DNA of 64,000 nt from Octopus vulgaris (Eukaryota). Shown here piece after piece: positions 38,767-51,619 of this stretch; position 1 is the stretch's first letter; every line of letters starts with the position of its first letter. The notes beneath the pieces are model-generated. The model saw only the letters and a list, made by a program, of their open reading frames with translations. It ran no database searches and was not told where the DNA came from. Position numbers and translations under genes: made by a program. The stretch spans positions 70,494,001-70,558,000 of the forward strand of contig OX597816.1 in the NCBI GenBank assembly GCA_951406725.2. The letters are read 5' to 3'.

Positions 38767-39521
38767 TTATATACATGCAGACATATATCTGTGTGTCTAT
38801 GTATAATAATATGTGTGTATATGTATGTATTCATGTGTGTGTTTATATATGTATGTACATTCATACATGCATATGCACAAAGGAACATACATACATGCAG
38901 ACAGACAGACAGATAGATAGATAGATATGCTTGCTGAATATGGTGAAACTGTTTCATATCTTATTTTATGTATGTGTCTGTATGTGTATTATGTATGTGT
39001 GTGTATATAATAGTCAATGGATAGTAAGGTACTTCATGTTAACTATAGTCATTACATGATATTATAGCTTATACATCCATTAAGTTCTAAGTTCATATCT
39101 TGTCGAAGTCACCTCTACCTTTCATCCTGCCGAGTTCGATAAAATTTGCTAACCAACCAAATACTAGATATGATCAACTGTTCCTTTATACCTCCCTAAA
39201 TTCACAGTCTTGCTTTCATGTTAGAAATCAATATATTATAGTTCACGCGTCCCTTTATATTTTATGTTGAAATTCCCTTCGTGGTCAACTCCGCTTTTCA
39301 AGGTCGATAAATTATATAGACTTGTGACTATATTAAGAAAATATTACAGCCCATACAGAAAGCAGTGAGTCAGAATTCGTAAGGTAGCACACGAAATAGT
39401 GGTGGGATGGTAGAATTAGCAGAGTGACGCACATGAAACTTTGTAGTAATGGGAGAAGTCTCATTCCCGAGCGTTATACTATTGCATCTGTTTGTTGTCT
39501 ACACCACCTGTTTTTGTCTTT

Positions 39522-39581
<60 letters not shown>

Positions 39582-39617
39582 TGTGTGTGTGTGTGAATTC
39601 TTTACATATACTATATG

Positions 39618-40810
39618 TCTGTATAGCTATAATATAAATCCCGTTCCGTGCTTGTGTGTAAAAGAATATAACGGCCGTATGGTTCAACTGATTTTCTCCA
39701 AACTAGGAACATACATTACTTATGTTCCAGGGATGGTTTTAGATTCTTAAAATTTTTCACATAATGAGTAACGAGCCCGATGGGGCTAGAAAACACCCAT
39801 CCCTGAGTTACGTGGAGAATGGAGCTGACTCTTTGCGAAGTAACTTTCAGAAATTATTTAGAACCATTAGTCATAAAAAAAAATTAAATATTGCTTTTTA
39901 TATTTGGAAGTGCTTGGAATCTTGGTCAGTTGATGACAACAGTTTCTTCAATGGCTCTGGAGGTTGGGAGATTGCAGGGAGTTTAAGCATTCCACCACTG
40001 CAGCTCAGTGCTGGTGTCTCTACAGGCCACTTCCTTGCTTTATAATGCATGCATTCAGTTGTCATTGCACCAATGGAAACTCTAGTATCATCTACATAAT
40101 GAACTGCTGGATCATAATTGAAAGCTGCTTCATAGAAGTTGCTTCTCTGAGCTGTTGCAACTACTCTTCGTTCTGCAGTGAAGTTCCTATTCCTTGTCAG
40201 CTGTACATACCTTTATTCATCACTTTGAGATGCTCTGGCTTTTGTAGCGCACAATCTATTCGTTTCTTGGTATGTTACCCTTTCAGCTGCTTAAACTCCC
40301 TGCAATCTCCCAACCTCCAGTGCCATTGAAGAAACTGTTGTCATCAACTGACCAAGATTCCAAGCACTTCCAAAAACAAAATTAGACAAAACAACGCTGC
40401 ACTACAGATGACATCATTTGGAACCACAAGAGATTTAACTGAGCCAGAATTCATGCAAGCTTTCAAGATCCAAGGTCAGATTAATCATCGGATTGGCTAT
40501 CTACTACCTCTGTCAAATGAATCAACAAAATCGGTATTTCATTTTTTTATAATCTTTGGTTACGAAATAAGCTGGACAAAAGTTGTTTCTGAGTTACGTG
40601 TATTTACTTTATATACATATATGAGTTAAAAATTTTCTTTTAACATTTCACTTAACGTCTGCATTCCATGCTGGCATGGGTTGGAGAGTTATTAATGTAG
40701 AAAGTTGGCATCTCAGCAACTAGCAGTTGATACCTGCGTATCTAGAAGGCGTTTTAAAATTTCATTATTCTCTTTAACCCGGGCAACGCCGGGTATTTCT
40801 GCTAGGCTAG
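39618..40810 (+). mobile_element. Internally deleted and rearranged Helitron
   Basis: 5' TC. Rep-helicase N-terminal fragments: IGAMTTEC...KWPVETPALSCSGG.LKLP (inverted, 39903-40260) and QMTSFG...FKIQGQINHRIGYLLP (40405-40510). 3' hairpin ACCCGG-GCAACG-CCGGGT (40777-40794) followed by CTAG. Confidence 0.85.
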
Positions 40811-40875
40811 TGAGATATGTGTGTATGTATGTATGTATGTATGTATGTATGTATGTATGTATGTATGTATGTATG

Positions 40876-40952
<77 letters not shown>

Positions 40953-40959
40953 GTGTGTG

Positions 40960-41000
<41 letters not shown>

Positions 41001-41590
41001 TTGCGAAGTTAGAAATTACTACCTGCCGTATCCTTGATTTCTAATTTCCATCCCTAGAGTTTACATTACCTGTCTCTTTTGGGTTTTCATTATATTCCCC
41101 TTTAAGTTGATAATCCAAATACGTATTGCCCAACCCCTATCATTCTTTCTTCCATTTATCACCCCTTCCCTATCAGGCTTTCTCTTACTTCTGACCCTAC
41201 AACCTACACTTTTGTGTAGATAAAGCTAGATGTATGGTTCCAGTACTTTAAGAATCTAGCAGATTGTCTGACGTTAATTCATTTATCACCATTAACAAGA
41301 ATACAGTTGTCAACTCCCAATGGAGTTAATTCTAAATGGTTGAAGATTGCATTCTACATAACGGCTTCTAAATATAAGTAACTAGGTCTCCACTCTTTTT
41401 ATTCTGATCCCTCACTATTTCCTCTGCTACTCTCTAAAGTATAGTAGGCTTGACGTGGTATGCATTGTTTTCTAAATTTATTCTGCCACAGATATAACAA
41501 AAGAAACAATGTAAACATTTTGAGTTCCATTATTAATGTAAATATGTTATTTAAAAAATTGTCATATCCTTATGTTTGAAGTCTATGCGA

Positions 41591-41674
41591 TCATCTGACG
41601 AGAACTGTTTCTTCCAAATTGATATAATGTTTTTGTTAATCAATTAAAGGAGTTGCTTGAAACGGTCGTAATGA
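41591..41674 (+). ncRNA. Minimal type-I hammerhead ribozyme motif
   Basis: TCAT-CTGACGA-stem II (includes AATTGAT/ATCAATT)-GAAAC-GGTC-GTA-ATGA. Perfect helix I, intact core. Confidence 0.8.
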
Positions 41675-42007
41675 ACTGACACCTCTACATCATTGTCACT
41701 CATTTATATTCTGTTCACCTACCTTGTAATCTGCATTTCGGAAACACTATAGAAAGTACTTTCATAAAAGTACACGTCTGAATTACCAAGATCGGATATC
41801 TTCACTTCGCTGGGTTGCGTTGTCTGCACACACGACAGGAATATCAGGTACAAACACTCCTGCGCGGAGTCTTGTTTGGGTGTGCGGATCATACCGACCT
41901 AGCAAGTGCCTCAATCTAAGTACCTAATTCAAATGAATCTTAATTATATTTTATATATATATATATAGTAACAATAATCCTTGGATGAAATTTATAAGTA
42001 TTTTAAT

Positions 42008-42145
42008 ACATCGCTACGCGCGTTTCTTCAAATCACATGACTCTTAAGATCTTAGACCGTATTCCTGGAATTGTTACAGTGTAGTCCGTAGTATCCGTGG
42101 GTTTCGGGTAGATCATCTTCATGGTTTCATTTCTTCAGGCGATAT
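42008..42145 (-). ncRNA. Minimal type-I hammerhead ribozyme motif
   Basis: Minus strand ATATCGC-CTGAAGA-(about 105 nt)-GAAAC-GCGC-GTA-GCGATGT. 7-bp helix I, intact core, downstream of the Penelope fragment 42640-43450. Confidence 0.78.
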
Positions 42146-42639
42146 AACATTAATGGCTGCTTAACTGAGGGTTGTGCATCCCTTTTGATCCGTGAGAAGG
42201 TTGACTGAGTTATGTATTTCTGTGTGTATTTGGTGAGAAGGAGGAGAGTATGAGGATGGAAAGAGAGGAATGAATGGTAGTTATATTGGGATGGAGGTGT
42301 GTGTGGTAATGTTGGACTTACTTTGCTATTCAGTCTGCAAATATCAAGGATGGGTAGTATATTCCTTTCTTCGATCTCATTTAAGGCATGAGTATTTTCA
42401 ATAAAGTCTTAAGCAAACAGATAAGCAGGTACAGCCACTACAGCCAACAGCTGTTGGAGTTCATTGTCTGAATTGATGATACTTTCCTAGGGTAACTTTT
42501 TTATCATTTCTGGTGGTACAGTGGTATAGTGTATAACATCCTAAACATTGTTTGGTTTGTTTATTTGTTTGTGATGCTTCCTTGTTCTCTAATATACTCA
42601 GGGCGGTTGATGTTATTCTATTTCAAAATGTTTTTTTTC

Positions 42640-43450
42640 TAATTCCAGAAACGATGTTTTACTTTTATATTTACATGATATAATCACTTCGGAATGTCCT
42701 ATTACTCACGTTTTCCTTGGACGTGATAATATCTAGAGTTTCTTCTAGACATAAGTTGCATACCCGTGATGTTCCGTTGTATGATGCAGAATTTTTTATA
42801 ATAGACCAATGGGTCGTTTGCTTCACTCCATTCTGTTTGAGCCTCCAGACGGGGCTCGATAGGGATGTAGAGTGTCTTTTGTTTAAATTGAAAAATTATA
42901 TATGATGGTTACGCTGACGATTTTTCATGATGTCTTCGGTGCCACCAATGTACAGGTATTTTTACGTACCTGCCTTCACCGCACATTTACAAACTACATT
43001 CTTTATCATGCACTTGTTGTTAATTCTGCATTCCTCTTTATGTCTGTAGCTACATGTGATATTATTTTCCGTTCTCCTAGTCGAGTTACTACTGGTGGCA
43101 CCCACTTCCTCTTCCTCCTGTAATTCGTGTACTCATTTTTTGCAATTGATTAGCTTTTATTACCTATTGCAACCATTCCATCGTCATATACTGTGCTATG
43201 ATCAATGGTTGCTCCGTATTTCCCATCCAGTTTCGTTCTATTTAGTTTTGTGTTATTTAGTTTGTGTATGTGGTATTCTAGTTTGTGAGAGGTCGCGTAT
43301 GCTAATTTTACATTTTGCCTATTGATGATTTTGTGATATTTAGAAAATCTTGAGAAATTCCTGTCTAATGCTGCGAGGAATTCTCGATCCATTTTGCATT
43401 TTACTCTTGAATTGAAAATTGGGTTAAACCAAATAATATCATCACTTATT
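42640..43450 (-). pseudogene. Penelope-like (Neptune-type) C-terminal fragment: RT thumb plus GIY-YIG endonuclease
   Basis: IIWFNPIFNSRVKCKMDREFL...HKIINRQNVKLAY, Cys linker, YIGGTE; stops and frameshifts. Confidence 0.75.
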
Positions 43451-43729
43451 TTTCCATTTTTTTAAATAAATCTATTAGGTTTGTTAGTGTATTTGGTTTC
43501 CTCTGCTTCTACTGTTTTATTATCATTATTTCTATCGTTGTTTAACGGCGCCCTTCTTTCTACCTTTGGCTGCTGTTTCGTGGGTTCTGTTTTATATCTA
43601 ACCTTCTTAGTATTACGGTTTTTCTTTCCCTTTTGGGGACCAACACGGCTATTTTTACTCGTTTCAGTCATTGGATTGCGGCCCTGCGAAGGCACCACCT
43701 TCAAGGGTTTAGTCGAACAAATTGGAAAC

Positions 43730-43766
<37 letters not shown>

Positions 43767-43776
43767 TTTCCAATTC

Positions 43777-43819
<43 letters not shown>

Positions 43820-43832
43820 TGTGCGAGTGCGT

Positions 43833-43864
<32 letters not shown>

Positions 43865-44411
43865 GCGTGCGTGTGTGTGTGTGTCCAACAATTGACAACT
43901 GATGTTGTTTTGTTTATGTCCTCGTAATTTAGCGGATTGGCAAAAGTGGTCCAGAGAATGACTACAAAATAAAGACTGGGATCGATTTGTTCAACTAAAA
44001 ACAAGATAAAACATTCAAGACGGTAGCCCTAGCTGGGCTGCATTTCAATGACTGACACAAGCAAAAGATAAGAAATAAAAAGAGTTGTCCGGTGATTTCA
44101 TCAAAATAAATCGGATTTAAATATTTTTAGATTACTTTCACGAAGAAGCCAAAGAAAAAAGTAACAAATTATAAGGAAATAGAGGAAGCAGAAGAAACAC
44201 CATTATCACAACAACAGCAAGAATAACAACAACATACATAAGTAAATAATGCATAAACAAAATGGAAAAAAAACATTGAAGATATACTGGTTTTCTTTTA
44301 TATTTAATTCACCCAGAAATAAATGTTTTTTTCTGAACTGTTTTCCGGGTTCTCAGTAAAATCGTGACAATATCTATCACGATTCCGGCTAGGGCAAACA
44401 AGACTAATAAC

Positions 44412-44473
<62 letters not shown>

Positions 44474-44729
44474 AAGAAGAAGAAGAAGAAGAAGAAGAAG
44501 ACAGGAGAAAAAAATAACCTAGATTAATGTTTCCCTGCAAATATATATACATGTGTATATATATATACACATATCTATATACATACATATATATATATAT
44601 AGCTATAGATATATATTGATATATATGTATGTGTATATACATATATATACATGTATATATATACACATATCTATATACATATATATATATATACATATAT
44701 AGCTATAGATATATATAGATATATATATG

Positions 44730-44788
<59 letters not shown>

Positions 44789-44867
44789 ATTAAGGGTAGA
44801 AATTGATATTTATCAATTAAGACCAGTGGTCTAGCATATTAAAAAAGAATCCGAAGATTAAAATATT

Positions 44868-45195
44868 TATATATACCAATTAAGGACTGAACACGAAAAG
44901 TGGACAGTCAACATGCTAGATATAGACGTCAAATCGCCATTCACCACAAAATATTATGTTCTCAGATCAAACTCAACACAAAACCATAGCAATAAACAAG
45001 TGAAAAATATACGAAATAAAATAATTACCCATGTAAATTATTTTATTTCGTATATTTTTCACTTGTTTATTGCTATGATTTTGTGTTGAGTTTGATCTGA
45101 GAACATAATATTTTGTGGTGAATGGCGATTTGACGTCTATATCTAGCATGTTGACTGTCCACTTTTCGTGTTCAGTCCTTAATTGGTATATATAT
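44868..45195. repeat. Near-perfect palindrome with arms of about 158 bp
   Basis: 44868-45026 versus 45036-45195, 9-nt spacer, one mismatch seen. Confidence 0.92.
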
Positions 45196-45204
45196 ATATA
45201 TATA

Positions 45205-46137
45205 TATAATTTCAACAATTGAGGGTAAAATTAATTAATTATTAATCAATTTCACCAAGTATTCAGTATGTAAAGGGACCATTTAAGGCGAATTCAAAAT
45301 ATTACATTATATAAAAGGGCTTAGTAAAATAAATTACTTTGCCACATACTGAACTCATTAGAAATAGCAGCTAAAAAATTTTTTAACTATTTCTAATACT
45401 TAAAGAAAATCTCTCTCAGATAGTGTTTGCTCAAACCAACTCACGAAGGTATGGGGGTAAAAACATTAAAAAAAAAACATTAAAAAAATCACTGCTATTT
45501 TTTAGCTGCTATTTCTAATGAGTTCAGTATGTGGCAAAGTAATTTATTTTACTAAGCCCTTTTATATAATGTAATATTTTGAATTCGCCTTAAATGGTCC
45601 CTTTACATACTGAATACTTGGTGAAATTGATTAATAATTAATTAATTTTACCCTCAATTGTTGAAATTATAATTCATTTCTCTCTGTTTAATGCTTCGGT
45701 TTTTCACCGATAAAACATAGTGTTTGCCAATTTTAACCCACGCTGGTGGAAGGGGGAGAGCAGAAATTCTTCGCTTGCATATTTTGAATTTGTTAGCACT
45801 GTTAGTTCGAGCGGATGTCCGGTGGTGATAAGAAGCCAAAAGGGTATGCTCCCACTTTCAGTGTTCCCAAATCCAAATCAAGGAATTCTGACCTGACGAA
45901 AGAAATGTCGATTTGACTAATCTAGAAACGTACGTTCTCAAATAACCTTTGCACTTGTGATTTTTTTAATGTTTTTACCCCCATACCTTCGTGAGTTGGT
46001 TTGAGCAAACACTATCTGAGAGAGATTTTCTTTAAGTATTAGAAATAGTTAAAAAAATTTTTTTAGCTGCTATTTTTTAGCTGCTATTTCTAATGAGTTC
46101 AGTATGTGGCAAAGTAATTTATTTTACTAAGCCCTTT

Positions 46138-46144
<7 letters not shown>
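45205..46144 (+). mobile_element. Terminally redundant 575-bp hammerhead-bearing element with an inverted partial copy
   Basis: Direct repeat 45493-45570 / 46068-46144. 45205-45490 is the reverse complement of the unit end joined to its start. (TA)n on both sides. Confidence 0.8.
45889..45940 (+). ncRNA. Minimal type-I hammerhead ribozyme motif
   Basis: TGAC-CTGACGA-AAGAAATGTC-GATTT-GACTAATCTA-GAAAC-GTAC-GTT-CTCA. Intact core, one helix I mismatch. Confidence 0.65.
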
Positions 46145-46197
<53 letters not shown>

Positions 46198-46372
46198 CAT
46201 ATATTATGCACATATACCATATATTATACATACATATATATATAGCTATAGATATATATAGATAGAGATATATATGTATGTGTATATATATATATACCAT
46301 ATATTATGCATATGTGTACATATATATGTATGCCATATATTAAGTATATGTGTGTATATGTATATATACATA

Positions 46373-46428
<56 letters not shown>

Positions 46429-46481
46429 TATGTATATATATATATTTATATTTATATATATATATACATATATATATATTG

Positions 46482-46512
<31 letters not shown>

Positions 46513-46634
46513 CATATATATGTATATGCATATATTTATTTATATATACATATATATATACACATATATATATATTGATATATATATATATATATATAGG
46601 AATTTGAGAAACGAAAACTATATGGAAGCTCCTC

Positions 46635-46702
<68 letters not shown>

Positions 46703-46706
<4 letters not shown>

Positions 46707-47370
46707 TCAACCCAGCTTTCAATTTGGCCGTAAAAACTAACATAGGTAGGGAATTCTTGAAATTAGTCTCTAGGCATTTTAAGCAGGACCATAAATTTTA
46801 TAGAATATTTAATAGAAGAACCCTTAAGATTAGCTATTCTTGTTGCAGGAAGTTCGCCTCTTACGTTAGCCAGCACAATAGGAATTTAATTGATATTAAG
46901 CATGGTGCCGATCCCCTTAAGAAATGCAATTGTAAAGATGAATCCTCCTGTCCGTTGGAAGGGAAATGTTTTGTAAAAGGGGTCGTTTATAGAGCCATGG
47001 TGCAAATAGAAGGCTCATCTGAATATAAGTCCTATATAGGGGCTTCGGAAAATTCGTTAAAACGCGATTTTATTCGCACAAAAATTCATTGAGATACCTA
47101 GAAAATAGGAAGAAGACCAGCCTGGCAAAATATTCTGGGAACTAAAAGAAAAGGAAGCCCCACCTTTCAACGTGACATGGAGCATTCAGTATAGAGCGAC
47201 ACCATATAGGCACGGGGCACACAAGAAAAATTTTAAATGCAATCTCTGTTTGTCAGAAAAATATAACATTTTATTCAAAGACAATAATTCTTTGAATCAA
47301 AGAAGCTAACTTTTGAACTCATGCAGGTACGCAACCAAATTCAAAATGTCGAACATAAATATCCCATATG
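46703..47370 (+). pseudogene. Penelope-like (Neptune-type) 5'-truncated fragment with GIY-YIG endonuclease
   Basis: [18 protein letters not shown]...[13 protein letters not shown]...CNC...CPLEGKC...VVYRA...YIGASE; after frameshifts TSLAKY, VTWSI, CNLCLSEK. Confidence 0.88.
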
Positions 47371-48208
47371 GATAGCCTATATTTTGTCTTTTTGAATTTT
47401 TGATTCTTGGACTAGTCTTTAATCACACCGATGGATTTGTTTCGCGCTATGCAGATTTCATTCCGCATAGCAAAGTCTTGTACATAAATTTTGTTTATAT
47501 TTTGTTTATATTTCAACAAATTCCTTAGGAGAAACTTTCGACTTAGTTTATTTCGTTTTATTATATTGTATAGACTCACTTTGGTATTTAATTTATAGAT
47601 AATCCAATATAGGGTGGTATATTTTGCATGTCTTTCGTCTAAATTTTTATTATTATGCACTCACCATTTTTAAAAAACAATGTTGTTAGATCCTAGGCAT
47701 TTTTATGTGAATATGTGTATTTGCATGAATATGTATTTGTAAGCATACGTCTTTGTATATGTGTAAGTGGGCGTATGTTTGTACTTAAGCACATACATAC
47801 ACGAATGTATGTGTATGCATGTATCCACTTGGGCTTGTGTGTTTGCGTACTTGTCTCTATATATGTGTCAGTATATGTGCTTACATAATTTGTATACAAA
47901 AACTCGTAGCGTATAGCCAGAATGTTATTATTTTTTCTTCTTTCCTTTTCTTCTTTTTTCCTTTTCTCTTTTTCTTTTTTCTCTCTCTTCCTTTCTTTGG
48001 TTTTTTTCTCTCCCTATTCGTTACTTGTATAGAGCCCTGTAACTTTACGCTCCTCCTCCCTTACTTATGTCTTTAGCTTTATGTTGTAAATAAGAACGCC
48101 CCTTCCTCATCCATGAATTTAGCTTATAGTCTATATGGATACAGTGATTTTGCATGCGAGCTAGATTGCGTATACATATAGAATTGGCATATCGGTTCTA
48201 TTTTAACA

Positions 48209-48255
48209 AAAATTGTCCGCCGTACGGGAACGTGAAACTCCGAGTAACAGATTTT
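48209..48255 (+). ncRNA. Hammerhead motif with a mutated core
   Basis: AAAATTGT-CCGCCGT-ACG-GGAA-CGT-GAAAC-TCCGA-GTA-ACAGATTTT; same family as 16899 and 17059. Confidence 0.5.
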
Positions 48256-48511
48256 GTTGAATTTCTGCTGCTTTTAAATAAAGCATATTACTCTACCCCT
48301 GGTATTTGAGTACTCTTTTTTCCACCTTGTTTCACATTTATGTGTTTACTCCGGTATATATATACATATATATGTACATATATATATATATATATGTATA
48401 TATATACATATATATATGTATATGTGTATATATATATACATATATATATATATGTATATATATACATATATATATGTATATGTGTATATATATACATATA
48501 TATATATATAT

Positions 48512-48564
<53 letters not shown>

Positions 48565-48640
48565 TGACAATATTGAAAATAAGGATTACTCTGAAGTAGC
48601 AATAGCATTACCTTTAATTCTACAATTATATATTACCTTT

Positions 48641-48729
48641 TAAGACCAACGCATGTTTCAGTTGCACCGATTAGTAATCGTTGCAATTGAAACCCTGCTA
48701 TTGAACGGTGCAGTCTCTTCAGTGCCTTA
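48641..48729 (-). ncRNA. Minimal type-I hammerhead ribozyme motif
   Basis: Minus strand TAAGGCA-CTGAAGA-GACTGCACCG...CGGTGCAACT-GAAAC-ATGC-GTT-GGTCTTA, about 230 bp 3' of a GIY-YIG fragment. Confidence 0.75.
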
Positions 48730-48959
48730 ACTTGATATCCCTCGGTATGATTCTTTTTTATAAACTCTGCGTTGTATAATGTAAAGCTGTCTGTTAAGTC
48801 AGACGTGAACAATCTTTATTTTAAGTTCTTTTTGGATAATCATTTTTAGTCCATCATTTCAAAACCTTGTATAGTCTAAATGATAATTATTCATTTATAG
48901 TTGGCAAATGTGAATTCCCTCACATGCAAGCATTTCAATGCTTGCTCCTGTCTGGAATT

Positions 48960-49340
48960 TATTACATTACCCTTGGATGTGAAAATCCTGTAAACTTCTT
49001 CTAAACATAGGTCACATCTATTGGTTCCAGGTCCGTATGGTTCCACAGCACAAATTAATTTCCATTTAATTGTATAGTGCTTGTCACTGTCCTTAAAAGA
49101 CCAGATTAATTTGCTAAGACTCGTTTGGAGCCCTTTTATTTTTGTCTTTAAATGAACTCAAATGGTTTGCCAGTCTCCTCTTGAAAATTAATGTTGTCCC
49201 CCACCCCACCACCACCACGATGTTAAAGAATGCCTTACGCGGAGATGTAACTATACATTTATATATTACATTTTTAGGTTTATACATATTTTCCACATTA
49301 CATGATTCCTATTTAGAATAATTGCAAAGATAGCCATTTA
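48960..49340 (-). pseudogene. Penelope-like GIY-YIG fragment
   Basis: KNVIYKCIVT...FKRRLANHLSSFK...IKWKLICAVEPYGPGTNRCDLCLEE, with frameshifts. Confidence 0.8.
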
Positions 49341-49465
49341 TATTTCCCTCGGATTTATCTATACTTAAATATAGGTACTGCCTTTCACAATACGTATATG
49401 AACAAATGTAATTCTTTTCCCAAATAAATTGCATTTTCTCAAATACCATACTCTTTTTTTTTTTT

Positions 49466-49850
49466 TACTCTTTTTACTTGTTTCAATCATTTGACTGCGG
49501 CCATGCTGGAGCACCACCTTTAGTCGAGCAAATCGACCCCAGGATTTATTCTTTGTAAGTCTAGTACCTATTTAATCAGTCTCTTTACGGGGACGTAAAC
49601 ACACCAGCATCGGTTTTCAAGCGATGTTGGGGGGAGAAACACAGACACACAAACATATACACATACATATATATATTTACATATATACGACGGGTTTCTT
49701 TCAGTTTCCGTCTACCAAATCCACTGACAAGGCTTTGGTTGGCCTGAGGCTATAGTAGAAGACACTCGCCCAAGGTGCCATGCAGTGGGTCTGAACCCGG
49801 AACCATGTGGTTGGTAAGCAAGCTACTTACCATACAGCCACACCTACGCC
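49466..49850 (-). mobile_element. Family C SINE, followed by a plus-strand tail fragment (49860-49978)
   Basis: Same head, core and tail as 18862-19318. Confidence 0.85.
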
Positions 49851-49975
49851 TACGCCTATGCTTACAAAGAATAAGTCCTTGGGTCGTCGATTTGCTCGAC
49901 TAAAAGCGGTGCTCCAGCATAGCCGCAGTCAAATGACTGAAACAAGTAAAAGAGTAAAAGAGCAAAGAATAAAGA

Positions 49976-50065
<90 letters not shown>

Positions 50066-50073
<8 letters not shown>

Positions 50074-50321
50074 ATCACGTGACCGACCAGACCATCAGAT
50101 GTTTTTACACATCGCTGGTCACAATGCGTTCGTATTGTTTTAGCCTTCGAATGACGCCACCCAACTGGCTAAGCGAGCAGGCCAACAGAAGAAAGAGTGG
50201 GAGAAAGAGTGGTGAAAGAGTACAGCAGGAATCACCACCCCCTGCCGGAGCCTCGTGGAGCTTTTAGGTGTTTTCGCTCAATAAACACTCACAACGCCCG
50301 GTCTGGGAATCGAAACCGCGA
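50066..50321 (-). mobile_element. Family A SINE, 5'-truncated
   Basis: Near-identical to 16271-16520. Confidence 0.85.
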
Positions 50322-50345
50322 TATATGTATATGCATGTATGTATA

Positions 50346-50582
50346 CAGGGTTGGTCAAAAGTCACCTGACAGTAAATCAAAACCATTTAATTCCAAGTGA
50401 TTAAAACAAAAACTATTTTATATGATATTTCGCTAATAAATAGGCAAATTTTTTTTTAAACGGTTATTTCAACTCACGACATTCAGTTATTAAACATTCA
50501 TAATTGGAATGAATAAATAAAATTGAATATTAAGTATTTATGGAATTTTTGACTTAGTGTCGTGTGACTTTTGGCCAACTTG
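50346..50582. mobile_element. Tc1/mariner-type MITE
   Basis: TA-CAGGGTTGGTCAAAAGTCACCTGACAGTAAATCAAAA ... TTTTGACTTAGTGTCGTGTGACTTTTGGCCAACTTG-TA. Confidence 0.8.
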
Positions 50583-50650
50583 TATATATCCTTAAAATCC
50601 TTAAAATCCTTTAAAATGTTTTAGCGTGTGTGTGTGTGTGTGTACCTGGA

Positions 50651-50877
50651 AGGGACGATTGTTACTCTTGTTTAACCCCATGAAACATCGTTTCCAGCTG
50701 GCTGTACGACACAATATCTGTGTCCTTATATTTTCGAACAGGGCGTGCAGCACCTCCATCCAGCACAAAACATTGGGGTACTGGATGCCCTGTTTGAAAC
50801 TATAAGGAAACAGATATTATGTCGTATAGCCAGCTGGAAACGACCTTTCCTGGGGCTAAACAACAGTTGCAATCCTC
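50651..50877. mobile_element. Hairpin MITE (imperfect arms of about 105 bp)
   Basis: CGTTTCCAGCTGGCTGTACGAC...ATATCTGT versus ACAGATAT...GTCGTATAGCCAGCTGGAAACG. Confidence 0.8.
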
Positions 50878-51020
50878 CTTTGTCACATTATGTTGGCAAA
50901 TAGTCTTTACTTTAAGGAACTGTTACTGAATATCTCTCTTTCAGAAATTTAGAAATAATATTTCTATATAGATATTGTTACTATTATTATTAACAGAAAA
51001 TAAAAAATATAATAATAATT

Positions 51021-51619
51021 CATTTCTTTATTGCCCCTAGAGGTCTAAACAGAGGGGACAAACAAGGACAGACAAATGGATTAGGTTGATTATATCGACC
51101 CCAGTGCGTAACTGGCATTTATTTAATCGACCCCGAAAAGATGATAGGCAAAGTCGACCTCGGCGGAATTTGAACCCAGAACGTAACGGCAGACGAAATA
51201 CCTATTTCTTTACTACCCACAAGGGGCTAAATACAGACAGGACAAACAAGGACAGACAAAGGGACTAAGTCGATTACATCGACCTCAGTGCGTAACTGGT
51301 GCTTAATTTATCGACCCTGAAAGGATGAAAAGCAAAGTCGACCTAGGTGGAATTTGAACTCACAACGTAACGGCAGACGAAATACCTATTTCTTTACTAT
51401 CCACAAGGGGCTAAACACAGAGGGGACAAACGAGGACAGACAAACGGATTAAGTCGATTATATCGACCCCAGTGCGTAACTGGTACTTATTTAATCGACC
51501 CCGAAAGGATGATAGGCAAAGTTGACCTCGGTGGAATCTGAACTCAGAACGTAACGGCAGACGAAATACGACTACGCATTTCGCCCGGCGTGCTAACATT
51601 TCTGCCAGCTCACTGCCTT
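51021..51619 (-). mobile_element. Family B SINE trimer (one head plus two head-less 184-bp units)
   Basis: ACGTAACGGCAGACGAAATAC at 51181, 51365 and 51549. Confidence 0.9.

Noticed and set aside
42640-43450. Selenocysteine-type UGA in the Penelope fragment
   Set aside because: The TGA seen near the Cys linker is not at a conserved Cys position and the copy is generally decayed.
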